From Escherichia coli (GTDB lineage: Bacteria; Pseudomonadota; Gammaproteobacteria; Enterobacterales; Enterobacteriaceae): a stretch of 64,000 nucleotides of DNA. A program made the translations under genes and the position numbers. Shown here piece by piece: positions 11,143 through 26,847 of the stretch; position 1 is the first letter of the stretch; each line of letters opens with the position of its first letter. The DNA lies in the NCBI RefSeq assembly GCF_013122565.1, contig NZ_CP053258.1. One strand, written 5' to 3'. The notes beneath the pieces are model-generated. The model was not told where the DNA came from. It saw nothing but the letters and a program-made list of their open reading frames with translations, and ran no database searches.

Positions 11143-11162
11143 CTGTTGAAAAGATTAACTTT

Positions 11163-11423
11163 TTACTGACGAGGATGCTTCAATAACTTCTTTACATAAT
11201 TGCGCAGCAGCTCCGTATCGTCGTCAGGAATGCTGGCATCAGGCTTTACCTCGTAAAGAGCTCCCTCCACCTGATCAATCAAGCGCTGTTGGTCATTTTG
11301 TGCCATATTGCGAAGCATTGCAGTGACGATAATCTCCAAAGCTTCTACCTGCGCGCACAGTTCTTTCGACTCTTCTTCTTTTTGGGCAAGCTTTAATAAC
11401 AACTCAGCAATGAGATTTTTCAT
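11163..11423 (-). CDS. iraP: Anti-adaptor protein IraP (86 aa)
   Basis: 86-aa coiled-coil [25 protein letters not shown]... between phoA and ddlA. Confidence 0.85.
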   Translation of the reverse strand: MKNLIAELLLKLAQKEEESKELCAQVEALEIIVTAMLRNMAQNDQQRLIDQVEGALYEVKPDASIPDDDTELLRNYVKKLLKHPRQ

Positions 11424-11884
11424 GCCTGTATTTCCTTATCCAACGTATGGAGAAGTTAACATTATGTTTCACAACTTCATAGTGTCTGGAGGTATTATTT
11501 TTATGACAAAGGAAATACTTTGCGCAAATGTTCTTTTTTTGATTACCAGCGAAACGTTTCTCATATTTAAATAATCAGCCACACAAAGAACGCGCCTTTA
11601 ATTATCAACCTTAACTATAAACAAAAGTTATGGAATATATTCTCTGCGTTTACTTACAACTAAGAGAAAAAACTCACCGCATGACCATTAAAGTCAGGAA
11701 TAAATTAGCTTCCCGTTCATCATTTTTGTGATCTTACGCACATCTTTGAGATTACGCACTTTCTTCACCAGTACGTCGCACGCTTTGTCAGCAGAAGATT
11801 GCAACATTCTGTCAGAAGGCCGCGAATCCCCCGTTTTGTCGTGGTAATGTATGCACTTTGTGTTAGACGGGATAGGTTTTTAAG

Positions 11885-12979
11885 ATGGAAAAACTGCGGG
11901 TAGGAATCGTTTTTGGTGGTAAATCAGCGGAACATGAAGTGTCTCTGCAATCGGCAAAAAACATTGTCGATGCCATTGATAAAAGTCGCTTCGACGTTGT
12001 GCTGCTGGGCATTGATAAACAAGGGCAATGGCACGTCAGCGATGCCAGCAATTATCTGCTAAATGCAGACGATCCTGCCCATATTGCGTTGCGCCCTTCG
12101 GCGACCAGCCTTGCGCAGGTGCCAGGTAAACATGAGCATCAGCTTATCGACGCGCAAAACGGTCAGCCGTTACCGACGGTGGATGTCATTTTCCCGATTG
12201 TCCACGGTACGCTGGGCGAAGATGGTTCCTTGCAGGGAATGCTGCGGGTCGCCAATTTACCGTTTGTAGGTTCTGATGTTCTGGCTTCAGCAGCCTGTAT
12301 GGATAAAGATGTCACCAAACGTCTGCTGCGCGATGCCGGGCTGAACATTGCGCCATTTATTACCCTGACGCGCGCTAATCGTCACAACATCAGTTTTGCC
12401 GAAGTGGAGTCTAAACTGGGGTTACCACTGTTTGTAAAACCGGCTAATCAGGGCTCTTCTGTTGGTGTCAGCAAAGTAACCAGTGAAGAACAGTACGCAA
12501 TTGCCGTCGATCTGGCGTTCGAGTTCGATCATAAAGTGATCGTTGAGCAAGGGATCAAAGGTCGAGAGATCGAATGCGCAGTTCTGGGCAACGACAATCC
12601 GCAAGCCAGCACCTGTGGCGAGATCGTACTCACCAGCGATTTCTATGCCTACGACACCAAGTACATTGATGAAGATGGCGCGAAAGTGGTAGTTCCGGCA
12701 GCCATTGCGCCAGAAATCAACGATAAGATCCGGGCGATTGCCGTTCAGGCTTATCAGACGTTGGGATGCGCAGGCATGGCGCGTGTAGACGTGTTTTTAA
12801 CCCCAGAGAACGAAGTGGTGATCAACGAGATCAACACCCTGCCTGGCTTCACCAACATCAGTATGTATCCGAAGCTGTGGCAAGCCAGCGGTCTCAGTTA
12901 CACCGATCTGATCACGCGTTTGATTGAGCTGGCGCTGGAGCGTCACGCTGCGGATAACGCATTGAAAACGACAATGTAA
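11885..12979 (+). CDS. ddlA: D-alanine--D-alanine ligase A (364 aa)
   Basis: ATP-grasp ligase; [28 protein letters not shown]... matches DdlA. Confidence 0.95.
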   Translation: MEKLRVGIVFGGKSAEHEVSLQSAKNIVDAIDKSRFDVVLLGIDKQGQWHVSDASNYLLNADDPAHIALRPSATSLAQVPGKHEHQLIDAQNGQPLPTVDVIFPIVHGTLGEDGSLQGMLRVANLPFVGSDVLASAACMDKDVTKRLLRDAGLNIAPFITLTRANRHNISFAEVESKLGLPLFVKPANQGSSVGVSKVTSEEQYAIAVDLAFEFDHKVIVEQGIKGREIECAVLGNDNPQASTCGEIVLTSDFYAYDTKYIDEDGAKVVVPAAIAPEINDKIRAIAVQAYQTLGCAGMARVDVFLTPENEVVINEINTLPGFTNISMYPKLWQASGLSYTDLITRLIELALERHAADNALKTTM

Positions 12980-12982
12980 TTT

Positions 12983-13011
12983 TTAAATGCCCAATAGCTC
13001 TTATTGGGCAT
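12983..13011. terminator. Hairpin immediately after the ddlA stop, possible bidirectional terminator
   Basis: aaatgcccaata-gctc-ttattgggcattt, a perfect 8-9-bp stem with a short loop. Confidence 0.4.
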
Positions 13012-13035
13012 TTAAGACTGATGGCAAACGTAAGA

Positions 13036-13140
13036 TTGCCTGATGCGCTTTGCTTATCAGGCCTACCAGATAATTGCAATATACTGATTTTGCATGATTT
13101 TGTAGGCAGGATAAGGCGTTCGCGCCGCATCCGGCAAAAA
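13036..13140. repeat. Pair of REP elements (BIME-like) between ddlA and yaiZ
   Basis: gcctgatgcgctttgcttatcaggcctac and gtaggcaggataaggcgttcgcgccgcatccggca: two inverted REP-family palindromes. Confidence 0.5.
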
Positions 13141-13181
13141 CAACGAGCACTTTGTCAGCCCCCAGAACGCCCACTCCTCTG

Positions 13182-13394
13182 TTATTGGGCGTTTTCAGTT
13201 TCTTCATCGCGACGACGAATAATCAGCCCCGCCAGCCAGAAACTAATCACCCACGTCACCAGACCGACGGCATAGGTCTGCCAACCTTTTGCTTCAAATC
13301 CCAGTAACCCCACCACGCCATTAAGAATGAATATAAGGCCAATGGCGAACGCATAGTAGTGCCAGTCACGGCGGATTTTTACAGGCAGATTCAT
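13182..13394 (-). CDS. yaiZ: Small inner-membrane protein YaiZ (70 aa)
   Basis: ORF track 13182-13526 is extended. Internal Met at 13394 gives a 70-aa two-TM protein MNLPVKIRRDWHYYAFAIGL..., divergent from yaiY. Confidence 0.65.
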   Translation of the reverse strand: MNLPVKIRRDWHYYAFAIGLIFILNGVVGLLGFEAKGWQTYAVGLVTWVISFWLAGLIIRRRDEETENAQ

Positions 13395-13653
13395 GGCAGC
13401 TCCGTTAACGAAAAACAACATCCTTGCATATTCTGCAACAACCGTCTGTGTTGTAGACAACATTTTCGCAATTGTTAATAAATTTAACTTAAGGTTACCA
13501 TTTTGTGACTCGCAACGAAGATTCACGCTTCGGGAATATTCCCAACATCAATTTACCATGATTCTTATATTGACAATCTTAATGACCTGTCAGACTTGCC
13601 ATAAGCCGCTGGTATCACACCAGAAGAGAAGCAGATGACTTCCGGAGGTTTTT

Positions 13654-13962
13654 ATGGCTGATTTCACCCTGTCAAAATCGCTGTTTAGCGGAAAATATCG
13701 CAATGCCTCTTCAACGCCTGGCAACATTGCCTATGTGTTGTTTGTGCTGTTTTGCTTTTGGGCTGGGGCGCAATTGCTGAACCTGTTAGTGCATGCGCCC
13801 GGCGTCTATGAGCGCTTAATGCAGGTCCAGGAAACAGGTCGCCCACGGGTGGAAATTGGTTTAGGTGTCGGCACCATTTTCGGGCTGATCCCATTTTTAG
13901 TAGGCTGCCTCATTTTTGCAGTGGTGGCGTTATGGCTGCACTGGCGACATCGCCGCCAGTAA
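13654..13962 (+). CDS. yaiY: Inner-membrane protein YaiY (102 aa)
   Basis: 102 aa with two hydrophobic helices; position between yaiZ and yaiW. Confidence 0.75.
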   Translation: MADFTLSKSLFSGKYRNASSTPGNIAYVLFVLFCFWAGAQLLNLLVHAPGVYERLMQVQETGRPRVEIGLGVGTIFGLIPFLVGCLIFAVVALWLHWRHRRQ

Positions 13963-14020
13963 GATTTACGTTGCCAGATGCGGCCTAAAACGCCTTATTT
14001 GGCATGACATTCCTGTTTGA

Positions 14021-15115
14021 TCACTGTTTCATACAACGCGCCCACCGTTCGTCTACGCGCTTCGCAAACCAGGCCGTAGTCAGGTTGCGGGTGATTTTCG
14101 GGCTTTCCAGTTGAATGCCAGGCAACATTTCGCGGGGGAGTGATTTACCGGTTTTCGCTTCGGCAAGTTGATAAACTTTCTTGTATAGCGCCGTCTCCTC
14201 AAAAGAGAAGCTGTCCCCTTTCTCTAACTGACGGCGAATTTCGCTGTCGCTCATCCCCAGTTTTCCCGCCAGTTTGCGCGTTGCCAGTTCGGTTTTCCCG
14301 GGTTCTTTACTGTCGTAACGAATCAAATCACCGTCCAGTGCCAGCTTCACGCCGCTGGCCTTACTGACCGCGTTCTGAAATGCGGCATTTCGGCTGGCGT
14401 ACCAGCCAGCGTTAAAATCAGCAAAGCGGTATATCGGTGCGCTATAGCTGGCAGGATAATTCAGTAAATGGTAAGTACCAAACCACAACCCGCCGCGGCG
14501 ACTGAAGACTTCCTGACGGACTGTACCGTCCATTTTCCACGGATACCCTTTGGTATGCTGTTCGGCAAAAGCAATGCTGACCTGCATTGGCCCACCGGTG
14601 CGCACCGGATTAAGCGAACCAAACAGCGTCTGCCCCATTGGCACCATGCTGATCAGATCGTCAAAAATCGCGCTCAATTGCTTTTCTGTACGCACCGAAT
14701 CTAACCGTTCGCTATAGCTTTTGCCGTTTGGCGATTTGATTTTTAGCGCGGTATGAACCAGAAAAGCAGGAATGTGCATCCGTTCAGCACGACGGTCAAT
14801 CTCTTGCCAGGCGATCTTGCTTAAGCCCGGAACGGCCGGATCTGCCTGATAATTTGACTCCTGCTGCGCCACCGCCAGCACCGAGCAGACGTTTTCCAGC
14901 GTCGGTGCCAGCCCCTGACTTTCAAAAGTGGTGGCAAGATCTTTCGCCCAGGCATCGCGGTCTTTCACGCTCGCAGGCATCTTCTGCCGCACGACGCTCG
15001 CTACATCTATCGCTTTTTCGCCCTTTTTCAACGGTTGCGGAGCCTGACTACTACACCCCGCTAAAACCAGAACCGCCAACAATGACAGCGAAGATAGAGG
15101 ATTGACGCGCGACAT
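14021..15115 (-). CDS. yaiW: Lipoprotein YaiW (364 aa)
   Basis: N-terminus MSRVNPLSSLSLLAVLVLAGC has a lipobox (LAGC). Directly downstream of sbmA, as in the sbmA-yaiW operon. Confidence 0.85.
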   Translation of the reverse strand: MSRVNPLSSLSLLAVLVLAGCSSQAPQPLKKGEKAIDVASVVRQKMPASVKDRDAWAKDLATTFESQGLAPTLENVCSVLAVAQQESNYQADPAVPGLSKIAWQEIDRRAERMHIPAFLVHTALKIKSPNGKSYSERLDSVRTEKQLSAIFDDLISMVPMGQTLFGSLNPVRTGGPMQVSIAFAEQHTKGYPWKMDGTVRQEVFSRRGGLWFGTYHLLNYPASYSAPIYRFADFNAGWYASRNAAFQNAVSKASGVKLALDGDLIRYDSKEPGKTELATRKLAGKLGMSDSEIRRQLEKGDSFSFEETALYKKVYQLAEAKTGKSLPREMLPGIQLESPKITRNLTTAWFAKRVDERWARCMKQ

Positions 15116-15127
15116 TACTTCTCCTTT

Positions 15128-16348
15128 TTAGCTCAAGGTATGGGTTACTTCCTGAATTTTGTCACCATCCAGCTCATGTTCAAAGCTGCGCAGACGTTTG
15201 TAGATAGACATCAACTCAACCAGTGTGGTCCATGAGTTAATCAGGTACTGGAAAGCACCGCGAACCTGACCAAAAACGTTGGTAATCTGCGTCATCAGGC
15301 CGAGCGTAATCGTACCGGCGACAATTGACGGAAACAGCAAGAACAAACCGAAAACGTTATCGACCTGCAAATAGAGAATGCGGGCGATGTTGAAATACAT
15401 ATAGTGAAAATAGAGGCGAAAATAGTTTTTCCGTACGGCGCTAAACAGCTCGCGTACCGTAGGCGGCGTCGCGCGCGTGGCATCGTCTTCACCATAAACC
15501 AGCTCTTTACGGTAGGCAGCCTCTACACGCTGGTTTTTAAACTCCAGCCCCGGCAGTTTGATCCCTACCACTGCCAGCAATCCGGTCCCCATCAGCGACC
15601 AAACGATAGCGGCAATCACCAGACCATACGGAATGTGCCCGATAATCGGCAGCTCCGGCACATGCGCGGAGAGCGTTACCAGCACCGGCAGGAAGGCGAT
15701 CAACGTCATGATGGCGTTGATAAAACTGACGCCCATATTCTCCAGCGTTGAAGCAAAACGCATGGTGTCTTCCTGCACACGCTGTGCGGCACCTTCGATA
15801 TGACGCAGTTGTTGCCAGTTCGCCATGTAATATTCGTTCATCGCCGTACGCCAGCGGAACACGTAGTGACTGACAAAGAAGTTGTTCAGCACACTGATCA
15901 CCACCGCGATCAGCGCAATCCCCAGAAAGACGCCCACTTCGCGGTAAAATTGTTCGATAGTGACTTTATGCGGCGAACTTAGCGCGGTTTGAATCAGATC
16001 ATAGAACGGCGCATACCAGGCGTTGACGGCAACCCCGACTTCCACCAAAAACCAGGTGACGAAGATAATCAGCGCAGTACCGAGTATTGACCAGTATTGC
16101 CAACGGTGCGGGCTGTAGATAAACCAGAACAATGCAAAAAGTCCTACGCAAACAATGTAGTAAGCGTAAAAAATCAGGAAATCCAACGACCAGAAACGCG
16201 CGGCGCTAATCGGGATCTGCCCGGAAGCTCCGGTGATACGCGCCACCCAGTCACCCCCACCGGCTTGCCAGAAGATAACGGCAATCAATGCCCAAACAAA
16301 GGCCGAGAAAAAAAACGTTCCCGGCTTTGGGAAAAAAGACTTAAACAT
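15128..16348 (-). CDS. sbmA: Peptide antibiotic/antimicrobial peptide transporter SbmA (406 aa)
   Basis: Polytopic membrane protein; [13 protein letters not shown]... from the internal Met matches SbmA. Confidence 0.9.
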   Translation of the reverse strand: MFKSFFPKPGTFFFSAFVWALIAVIFWQAGGGDWVARITGASGQIPISAARFWSLDFLIFYAYYIVCVGLFALFWFIYSPHRWQYWSILGTALIIFVTWFLVEVGVAVNAWYAPFYDLIQTALSSPHKVTIEQFYREVGVFLGIALIAVVISVLNNFFVSHYVFRWRTAMNEYYMANWQQLRHIEGAAQRVQEDTMRFASTLENMGVSFINAIMTLIAFLPVLVTLSAHVPELPIIGHIPYGLVIAAIVWSLMGTGLLAVVGIKLPGLEFKNQRVEAAYRKELVYGEDDATRATPPTVRELFSAVRKNYFRLYFHYMYFNIARILYLQVDNVFGLFLLFPSIVAGTITLGLMTQITNVFGQVRGAFQYLINSWTTLVELMSIYKRLRSFEHELDGDKIQEVTHTLS

Positions 16349-16699
16349 ATGCACTCCTGCTAACTTCTTATCGTTTTAACAACTGCTGTGTATTAACCGC
16401 ATGACCGCTACAAAGCGTCAGCCAAATGAAACCGCCCATTGTGACCCATAGCAAGGCGCTTAGTTCGCCAGCCTGACCATAAGAATTGTTTCGACGGATT
16501 TCACAAACCAAAGATTGTTTACATAAGCGGATTAACACGCGCAGGATCACAAATGCAGGCATTGGTGAGCAGGAAAAAGATCGTGTTTACGCGCCGTTAC
16601 GTTTTTAACACTATTATTGCACTAATTCGCCCTTTGCAATCTATCAATGAGTAGTATAAATACGCTCAGTTACCTTCATTCAATCTATGGACACCACCG

Positions 16700-17857
16700 T
16701 TGAAACGTAGTCTGCTTTTTTCTGCCGTGCTGTGTGCGGCGTCATTGACCTCCGTCCATGCGGCGCAGCCGATCACTGAACCGGAGTTTGCCTCTGATAT
16801 TGTCGATCGTTATGCCGATCATATTTTTTACGGCAGCGGTGCCACGGGGATGGCTCTGGTTGTTATCGACGGTAACCAGCGCGTCTTTCGCAGTTATGGC
16901 GAAACGCGACCTGGTAATAACGTTCGCCCGCAGCTGGATTCGGTCATACGTATTGCTTCCCTCACCAAGCTAATGACCAGTGAGATGCTGGTAAAATTGC
17001 TCGATCAGGGGACCGTAAAGTTAAACGATCCGCTAAGTAAATATGCTCCGCCAGGCGCACGCGTGCCGACTTACAATGGGACGCCCATTACCCTGGTGAA
17101 TCTGGCAACCCATACCAGCGCTCTGCCCCGTGAACAGCCCGGTGGCGCGGCACATCGTCCGGTGTTTGTCTGGCCAACGCGCGAGCAACGCTGGAAATAC
17201 CTTTCTACGGCGAAGCTGAAAGCCGCGCCAGGCAGTCAGGCGGCGTACTCTAACCTTGCGTTCGACCTGCTGGCAGATGCATTGGCGAATGCGTCCGGCA
17301 AGCCTTATACCCAGTTGTTTGAAGAGCAGATTACCCGTCCGCTGGGGATGAAAGACACCACCTACACCCCCTCACCGGATCAGTGCCGCCGTTTAATGGT
17401 TGCTGAGCGCGGTGCCAGTCCGTGCAATAACACGCTGGCGGCAATTGGCAGCGGCGGCGTCTATTCCACGCCTGGCGATATGATGCGCTGGATGCAGCAG
17501 TATTTGTCATCTGATTTTTATCAGCGCAGTAACCAGGCTGATCGCATGCAGACGTTGATTTATCAGCGCGCGCAGTTTACCAAAGTGATTGGCATGGATG
17601 TCCCCGGCAAAGCGGATGCGCTTGGTTTAGGCTGGGTATATATGGCCCCGAAAGAGGGTCGTCCGGGAATTATTCAGAAGACAGGTGGTGGTGGCGGTTT
17701 CATTACCTATATGGCGATGATCCCGCAGAAGAATATTGGCGCGTTTGTGGTGGTCACTCGTTCGCCGTTGACGCGCTTTAAAAATATGAGCGATGGCATC
17801 AATGACCTGGTGACCGAGCTAAGCGGGAATAAACCGTTGGTTATCCCCGCATCCTGA
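16700..17857 (+). CDS. ampH: Penicillin-binding protein AmpH (class C beta-lactamase fold), 385 aa
   Basis: Signal peptide and SxxK motif (ASLTK); TTG start at 16700. Confidence 0.9.
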   Translation: MKRSLLFSAVLCAASLTSVHAAQPITEPEFASDIVDRYADHIFYGSGATGMALVVIDGNQRVFRSYGETRPGNNVRPQLDSVIRIASLTKLMTSEMLVKLLDQGTVKLNDPLSKYAPPGARVPTYNGTPITLVNLATHTSALPREQPGGAAHRPVFVWPTREQRWKYLSTAKLKAAPGSQAAYSNLAFDLLADALANASGKPYTQLFEEQITRPLGMKDTTYTPSPDQCRRLMVAERGASPCNNTLAAIGSGGVYSTPGDMMRWMQQYLSSDFYQRSNQADRMQTLIYQRAQFTKVIGMDVPGKADALGLGWVYMAPKEGRPGIIQKTGGGGGFITYMAMIPQKNIGAFVVVTRSPLTRFKNMSDGINDLVTELSGNKPLVIPAS

Positions 17858-18544
<687 letters not shown>

Positions 18545-18554
18545 TATTTCTTCA

Positions 18555-21530
<2,976 letters not shown>

Positions 21531-22055
21531 TTGTCATCCCTCCTCAGGGACGTAATAAGTTGATCCATCAATTATCAATGCATAGAAAACATCTTATGTT
21601 TCGCGTTTACGATTATGCGGCGTTATAGAGGAATGGTTCAATTATTCTTTCCCCTAAGTCCGATTGCGGACATATATAAAGCACGGAGGAACACATAAAA
21701 CAAAAATTGACAAAAACTTAATAATTCAACCAGTTAAACGAGATGTAATTTTTAATGTATATGCATTGAAAATATCAAAACCACAAACCAGATAAATAAT
21801 TTATCAATAAACAATGAACTTTAAAGCTTTCTGTTTTTGACAACACAACCAATTCTCCAAAAACAATAATCAAGGGCTATAAATAAAGATTAAAAATATT
21901 TTCAGTGAATATGAAATTATTGCTATTTCTATTACAAAGATGTCCTGGTCTCTCTTTCATTCTCTTCTTGTCAACATCGCGACAACTTTCGTAAAACACT
22001 CCTGCCCCGCATCAGGTATACTGTGCACCTTAATTCCACAAACATCAGGCAGACC
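21531..22055. promoter_or_regulatory. Long AT-rich intergenic region upstream of yaiT and hemB (divergent promoters, likely nucleoid-protein bound)
   Basis: ~490 bp of very AT-rich DNA with A/T tracts between divergent genes; typical of H-NS-silenced autotransporter promoters. Inference only. Confidence 0.3.
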
Positions 22056-23030
22056 ATGACAGACCTAATCCAACGCCCTCGTCGCCTGCGCAAATCTCCT
22101 GCGCTGCGCGCTATGTTTGAAGAGACAACACTTAGCCTTAACGACCTGGTGTTGCCGATCTTTGTTGAAGAAGAAATCGACGACTACAAAGCCGTTGAAG
22201 CCATGCCAGGCGTGATGCGCATTCCAGAAAAACATCTGGCGCGTGAGATCGAACGTATCGCCAACGCCGGTATTCGTTCGGTGATGACCTTCGGCATTTC
22301 CCACCATACCGATGAAACCGGCAGCGATGCCTGGCGGGAAGATGGACTGGTGGCGCGTATGTCGCGCATCTGCAAGCAGACCGTGCCAGAAATGATCGTG
22401 ATGTCAGATACTTGCTTTTGTGAATACACTTCTCACGGTCACTGCGGCGTGTTGTGCGATCACGGCGTTGATAACGATGCAACCCTGGTCAATCTGGGTA
22501 AACAGGCAGTAGTTGCCGCAGCTGCGGGTGCTGATTTCATCGCCCCTTCCGCCGCGATGGATGGTCAGGTGCAGGCGATTCGCCAGGCACTGGATGCCGC
22601 AGGCTTTACCGACACGGCAATCATGTCCTACTCAACGAAATTCGCCTCCTCTTTTTATGGCCCGTTCCGCGAAGCGGCAGGCAGTGCTCTAAAGGGCGAT
22701 CGCAAAAGCTATCAGATGAATCCAATGAACCGTCGCGAGGCGATTCATGAGTCGCTGCTGGATGAAGCTCAGGGCGCAGACTGCCTGATGGTAAAACCTG
22801 CCGGTCCGTACCTTGATATCCTGCGCGAATTGCGTGGGCGTACTGAACTGCCGATCGGCGCGTATCAGGTGAGCGGTGAGTACGCGATGATTAAGTTCGC
22901 CGCGCTGGCGGGTGCTATAGATGAAGAGAAAGTCGTGCTCGAAAGCTTAGGTTCAATTAAGCGTGCGGGTGCGGATCTGATTTTCAGCTACTTTGCGTTG
23001 GATTTGGCTGAGAAGAAGATTCTGCGTTAA
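22056..23030 (+). CDS. hemB: Porphobilinogen synthase (delta-aminolevulinate dehydratase), 324 aa
   Basis: ORF track 22023-23030. Internal start gives [23 protein letters not shown]..., the HemB N-terminus. Confidence 0.95.
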   Translation: MTDLIQRPRRLRKSPALRAMFEETTLSLNDLVLPIFVEEEIDDYKAVEAMPGVMRIPEKHLAREIERIANAGIRSVMTFGISHHTDETGSDAWREDGLVARMSRICKQTVPEMIVMSDTCFCEYTSHGHCGVLCDHGVDNDATLVNLGKQAVVAAAAGADFIAPSAAMDGQVQAIRQALDAAGFTDTAIMSYSTKFASSFYGPFREAAGSALKGDRKSYQMNPMNRREAIHESLLDEAQGADCLMVKPAGPYLDILRELRGRTELPIGAYQVSGEYAMIKFAALAGAIDEEKVVLESLGSIKRAGADLIFSYFALDLAEKKILR

Positions 23031-23049
23031 TTCTGTTACCTCTCAGAAA

Positions 23050-23113
23050 GGGGGAGTTAACCTGTTGAAAGTACGGTGAACTCCCCCTCATCCTCTCCCC
23101 AAGGGGGCGAGAG
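23050..23113. terminator. Two stem-loops between convergent hemB and tauD (probable bidirectional terminators)
   Basis: gggggagtt-N19-aactccccc (9-bp stem) followed by cctctcccc-aag-ggggcgagagg (imperfect stem). Confidence 0.4.
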
Positions 23114-23130
23114 GACCGTCCGCGCTCGTA

Positions 23131-23982
23131 TCACCCCGCCCGATAAAACGGTTTATCCCCAAGGATCGTCGCCCGATGCATAATCCGCCGCTGTGGCAGG
23201 TAATCCGCATTAGCATAGTGCTGAGTCACGCGATTATCCCAAATCGCGATATCATTCGGTTGCCAGCGCCAGCGCACCTGAAACTCCGGTTTGGTGATAT
23301 GGGCGAATAAAAAGCTTAGCAAGGCTTCACTCTCTTTCTCGCTGACATCAACAATTCGCGTGGTAAAGCCTTCATTCACAAACAGCGCCTGTTTACCGCT
23401 CACCGGATGCGTTCGCACCACCGGATGTAGCAACGGCGGATTTTTCGCGACCGCCTCGCGCCAGCGTTGATGCTCCTCCTCGGTTTTGCGGTATTTGTAT
23501 TCCGGGAACGATTTACGGAAATCATGCTCGGCACGCAGCCCGCTCAGCAGCTGGCGGAAGGGAACAGAGAGCGCCTCATAGGCCGCAATACCACTGGTCC
23601 AGAGCGTATCGCCGCCGGTCGAGGGTAACTCTTTCGCCGCCAGAATCGCCCCTGCGGGTGGCGTTTCAATAAATGTCACATCGGTATGCCAGTTGTCGTT
23701 ATCCGGCGGATTATCGTTATGGGTATCCAGTACGATAATCTCCTCAACCCCTTCGGCATGAGGGTAAACAGGGTGAATATGCAGCTCGCCAAAACGCAGG
23801 GCCAGCGCGCGTTGCTGCTGCGGCGTAATGGCTTGATCGCGCAGAAACACCACCTGATGGCGCAGTACCGCATGGTAAAGCTGTTCAAACTGATTATCGC
23901 TTAACGGGCGCGTCAGGTCGGCACCCGAGATTTGTGCGCCAATATACGGCCCCAGCGGGGTAATGCTCAGACGTTCACTCAT
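23131..23982 (-). CDS. tauD: Taurine dioxygenase (Fe/2-oxoglutarate dependent), 283 aa
   Basis: [23 protein letters not shown]... with HxD...H iron motif; last gene of the tau operon. Confidence 0.95.
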   Translation of the reverse strand: MSERLSITPLGPYIGAQISGADLTRPLSDNQFEQLYHAVLRHQVVFLRDQAITPQQQRALALRFGELHIHPVYPHAEGVEEIIVLDTHNDNPPDNDNWHTDVTFIETPPAGAILAAKELPSTGGDTLWTSGIAAYEALSVPFRQLLSGLRAEHDFRKSFPEYKYRKTEEEHQRWREAVAKNPPLLHPVVRTHPVSGKQALFVNEGFTTRIVDVSEKESEALLSFLFAHITKPEFQVRWRWQPNDIAIWDNRVTQHYANADYLPQRRIMHRATILGDKPFYRAG

Positions 23983-24806
23983 TGTACTTCTCCATGCCAG
24001 GGCGTCAGGCGGCGCTGTAACGCGCGCAGACCCAGTTCTAAAAGAAAGGCGATAATCGCAATCACCGCGATCCCCGCCAGCACCACGTCAGTCGCGAGAA
24101 ATTCACCCGCTGACTGCACCATAAATCCTAAACCGCGCGTTGCAGCAATCAGCTCCGCCGCTACCAGCGTAGACCAGCCCACACCCAGACCAATGCGTAA
24201 TCCGGTGAGGATTTCCGGCAGCGCGCCGGGTAAAATAACAAACCACAGCAGCTGCGCACGGCTGGCACCCAGCGACTGGGCGGCACGAATGCGAACCTGC
24301 TGCGCGCTTTTCACCCCCGCCAGCGCCGACATCGCCACCGGTGCAAAAATCGCTAAATAGATCAGTAAGATCTTCGAGGTTTCACCAATACCAAACCAGA
24401 TCACCATCAGCGGCAAATAGGCCAGCGGCGGCACCGGACGATAAAGCTCGATTATCGGATCGAGAATGCCGCGCACCGTCGGACTTAGCCCCATCGCGAT
24501 CCCAACCGGAATACCGATCAACACCGCCGCAATTAACGCCAGCACAATGCGCGTCAGGCTGGCGGCCAGATGCTGCCACAGGGTGGCGTCCATAAATCCC
24601 TGCGGCCCGGCAATGATGAGCAGTTTTGCCAGTACCTGTTGCGGCGGCGGCAAAAACAGCGGGCTAATCAGTTGCAGCGCTGCCACCGCCCACCATACAG
24701 TGAGTAAAACCGCTAACGTGCCAATGCTTAAAGTGACCTGACGCGAGAGCGGCCAGCGCCATTTCAGCCGCCGCGAATGCAGTTTTTCATTAATAAGCAC
24801 ACTCAT
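23979..24806 (-). CDS. tauC: Taurine ABC transporter permease, 275 aa
   Basis: Six-TM ABC permease; 4-nt overlaps with tauB and tauD. Confidence 0.9.
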   Translation of the reverse strand: MSVLINEKLHSRRLKWRWPLSRQVTLSIGTLAVLLTVWWAVAALQLISPLFLPPPQQVLAKLLIIAGPQGFMDATLWQHLAASLTRIVLALIAAVLIGIPVGIAMGLSPTVRGILDPIIELYRPVPPLAYLPLMVIWFGIGETSKILLIYLAIFAPVAMSALAGVKSAQQVRIRAAQSLGASRAQLLWFVILPGALPEILTGLRIGLGVGWSTLVAAELIAATRGLGFMVQSAGEFLATDVVLAGIAVIAIIAFLLELGLRALQRRLTPWHGEVQ

Positions 24807-25570
24807 GAGAACGCCTCCCGTTGCTCAAATACGCGGCTTAAAACATATTCGCGCATGGCGATGAATTGTGGATCGGACTTGATGCTGCGGCTCGACTCTC
24901 CCGCAACAAAGCGGCGAGCAAAGTTGAGCGGCAGCCGCTCCAGCACGCGGCCAGGGCCGGGTGAAAGCAGAACCAGTTCAGTCGCCATAAACACCGCTTC
25001 TTCTATATCGTGGGTAATCAACAACACCTGCTTGCCCGTCTCCTGCCAGAGTTTCAGCAGCAGGGTTTGCATCTGGTCGCGGGTGAAGGCGTCCAGCGCA
25101 CCAAACGGTTCGTCGAGTAATAACAGCTGGGGATTTGCCGCCAGCGCGCGGGCAATCCCCACCCGCTGACGTTGACCGCCGGAAAGCTGCCAGATGTAGC
25201 GTTTTTCTGCGCCTTCCAGCCCCACTTTTTTCAGCATCTGGTGCGCGATTTCCAGTCGCTGCATTTTCTCAACACCTGCCAGTTGCAGGCCGAATGCCAC
25301 GTTGTCCCGTACATTGCGCCACGGCAGCAGTCCTTCATTCTGAAAAACTACGCCACGCTCTGCTCCCGGTCCCTCAATGCCCTTACCCGCCAGTTGAATA
25401 CTGCCATGCTGATAAGGCACAAAACCGGCAATCAGATTCAGCAGGGTGGTTTTGCCGCAGCCGGACGGCCCCAGCACCACCAGTAGCTCGCCGCTTTCCA
25501 GCGTCAGGTTGATATCTTCCAGCGCCGGTTTGCCGCCATAATCGGCATAGAGATGAGAGATTTGCAGCAT
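24803..25570 (-). CDS. tauB: Taurine ABC transporter ATPase, 255 aa
   Basis: Walker [10 protein letters not shown], signature LSGGQRQR, Walker B LLLLDEP. Confidence 0.9.
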   Translation of the reverse strand: MLQISHLYADYGGKPALEDINLTLESGELLVVLGPSGCGKTTLLNLIAGFVPYQHGSIQLAGKGIEGPGAERGVVFQNEGLLPWRNVRDNVAFGLQLAGVEKMQRLEIAHQMLKKVGLEGAEKRYIWQLSGGQRQRVGIARALAANPQLLLLDEPFGALDAFTRDQMQTLLLKLWQETGKQVLLITHDIEEAVFMATELVLLSPGPGRVLERLPLNFARRFVAGESSRSIKSDPQFIAMREYVLSRVFEQREAFS

Positions 25571-25582
25571 CTGCGCCTCCTT

Positions 25583-26545
25583 TTATTGCACGAAGCGCGA
25601 GGTAACATACTGGCTGTAATCATTCGCCACGGCCGGGACTTTGCCCTGCTCTTTCAAAAACTGCGCGGTGTCGATGATCGCTTTGTTCACCGGTCCGGTC
25701 AGTTCTGCCGTTTGTTGCTGCGGTGTCAGATAGGTATTCCCCTTCACCAGCCCCGGAACGTCACCTTCCGGCACGCCGCTTAAACGCGCCAGTTTGCTGA
25801 TGTTTTCCGGCTGTTTCAGCCACGCGTCAGGGTTAGCAATGTACGGTTGCTGAGCATCGATGGCGCTTTTGGCGAACGCTTTCACTACCTCAGGATGTTT
25901 CTCGGCAAAATCTTTGCGCACCACCCAGACATCCAGCGTTGGCGCGCCCCATTGCCCAACCTGTTCAGAATCGGTCAGTACCTTGCCGTCTTTTTCCAGG
26001 GCGTTAACCGCCGGCGCCCAGACATAAGCACCATCAATATCTCCCCGCTGCCAGGCGGCGATAATCGCGGGCGGCTGCAGGTTCACAATCTCCACTTGCC
26101 CAGGTTTTATGCCCCAGTGTTTCAGCGCCGCCAGCAGGCTGTAGTGGGTGGTAGAGATAAACGGTACGGCGATGCGTTTGCCAATCAGATCTTCCGGTTT
26201 GCTGATAGTTTTCTTTACCACCAGTGCTTCGGAGTTACCCAGTTTTGACGCCAGCAAGAAGACTTCAATCGGCACCTGTTGGCTGGCTGCAACCGCTAAC
26301 GGGCTGGAACCGAGGTTGCCGATTTGCACGTCGCCTGAAGCCAGCGCCCGCACGATGCTGGCTCCGCTGTCAAACTTACGCCAGTCCACGGTTGCTCCGC
26401 TTTCTTTAGCAAAGGTGTTGTCGGCCTGAGCCACTTTCGCCGGTTCGGCTGAGGTTTGATACGCCACGGTGACGTTCACCGCCTGTGCCTGAAAAGCGAT
26501 GAATGCCAGCGCGGCAAGAAGTGTGTTACGCGATGAAATTGCCAT
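25583..26545 (-). CDS. tauA: Taurine ABC transporter periplasmic binding protein, 320 aa
   Basis: Signal peptide MAISSRNTLLAALAFIAFQAQA; first gene of tauABCD. Confidence 0.9.
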   Translation of the reverse strand: MAISSRNTLLAALAFIAFQAQAVNVTVAYQTSAEPAKVAQADNTFAKESGATVDWRKFDSGASIVRALASGDVQIGNLGSSPLAVAASQQVPIEVFLLASKLGNSEALVVKKTISKPEDLIGKRIAVPFISTTHYSLLAALKHWGIKPGQVEIVNLQPPAIIAAWQRGDIDGAYVWAPAVNALEKDGKVLTDSEQVGQWGAPTLDVWVVRKDFAEKHPEVVKAFAKSAIDAQQPYIANPDAWLKQPENISKLARLSGVPEGDVPGLVKGNTYLTPQQQTAELTGPVNKAIIDTAQFLKEQGKVPAVANDYSQYVTSRFVQ

Positions 26546-26847
26546 GATTGTCTGCTCCCCTGTCTTGTTATGGGAGCAGTATTTCGTTGCGGGTCAGTTT
26601 GATAAAGGAATTAAAAGGTCTTGTTAAGAACAAAGCGTTTTTAGAAAAAAATCGGCAATGGTTAGCGAGTTTGCGCATTTTGCGGTTTTGGCGAACGTAT
26701 CCCGCCGGTTCACAAGCCAGATAAGATGTGTGCGCTCCGGCAAATTATTGCCATTTTGTTACATCCATTCCATATCTGTCGCTGGTTGATTGCCAGCGCC
26801 GCGCCGTGATGCATGATAGGAGAATTAGATAATAAGAGAAGAAAAGT

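Noticed and set aside
11424..11884. Small ORF (11308-11574, 88 aa) in the AT-rich iraP-ddlA intergenic region
   Set aside because: Overlaps the iraP 5' end and promoter region; hydrophobic low-complexity translation; no convincing SD. More likely promoter DNA than a gene.
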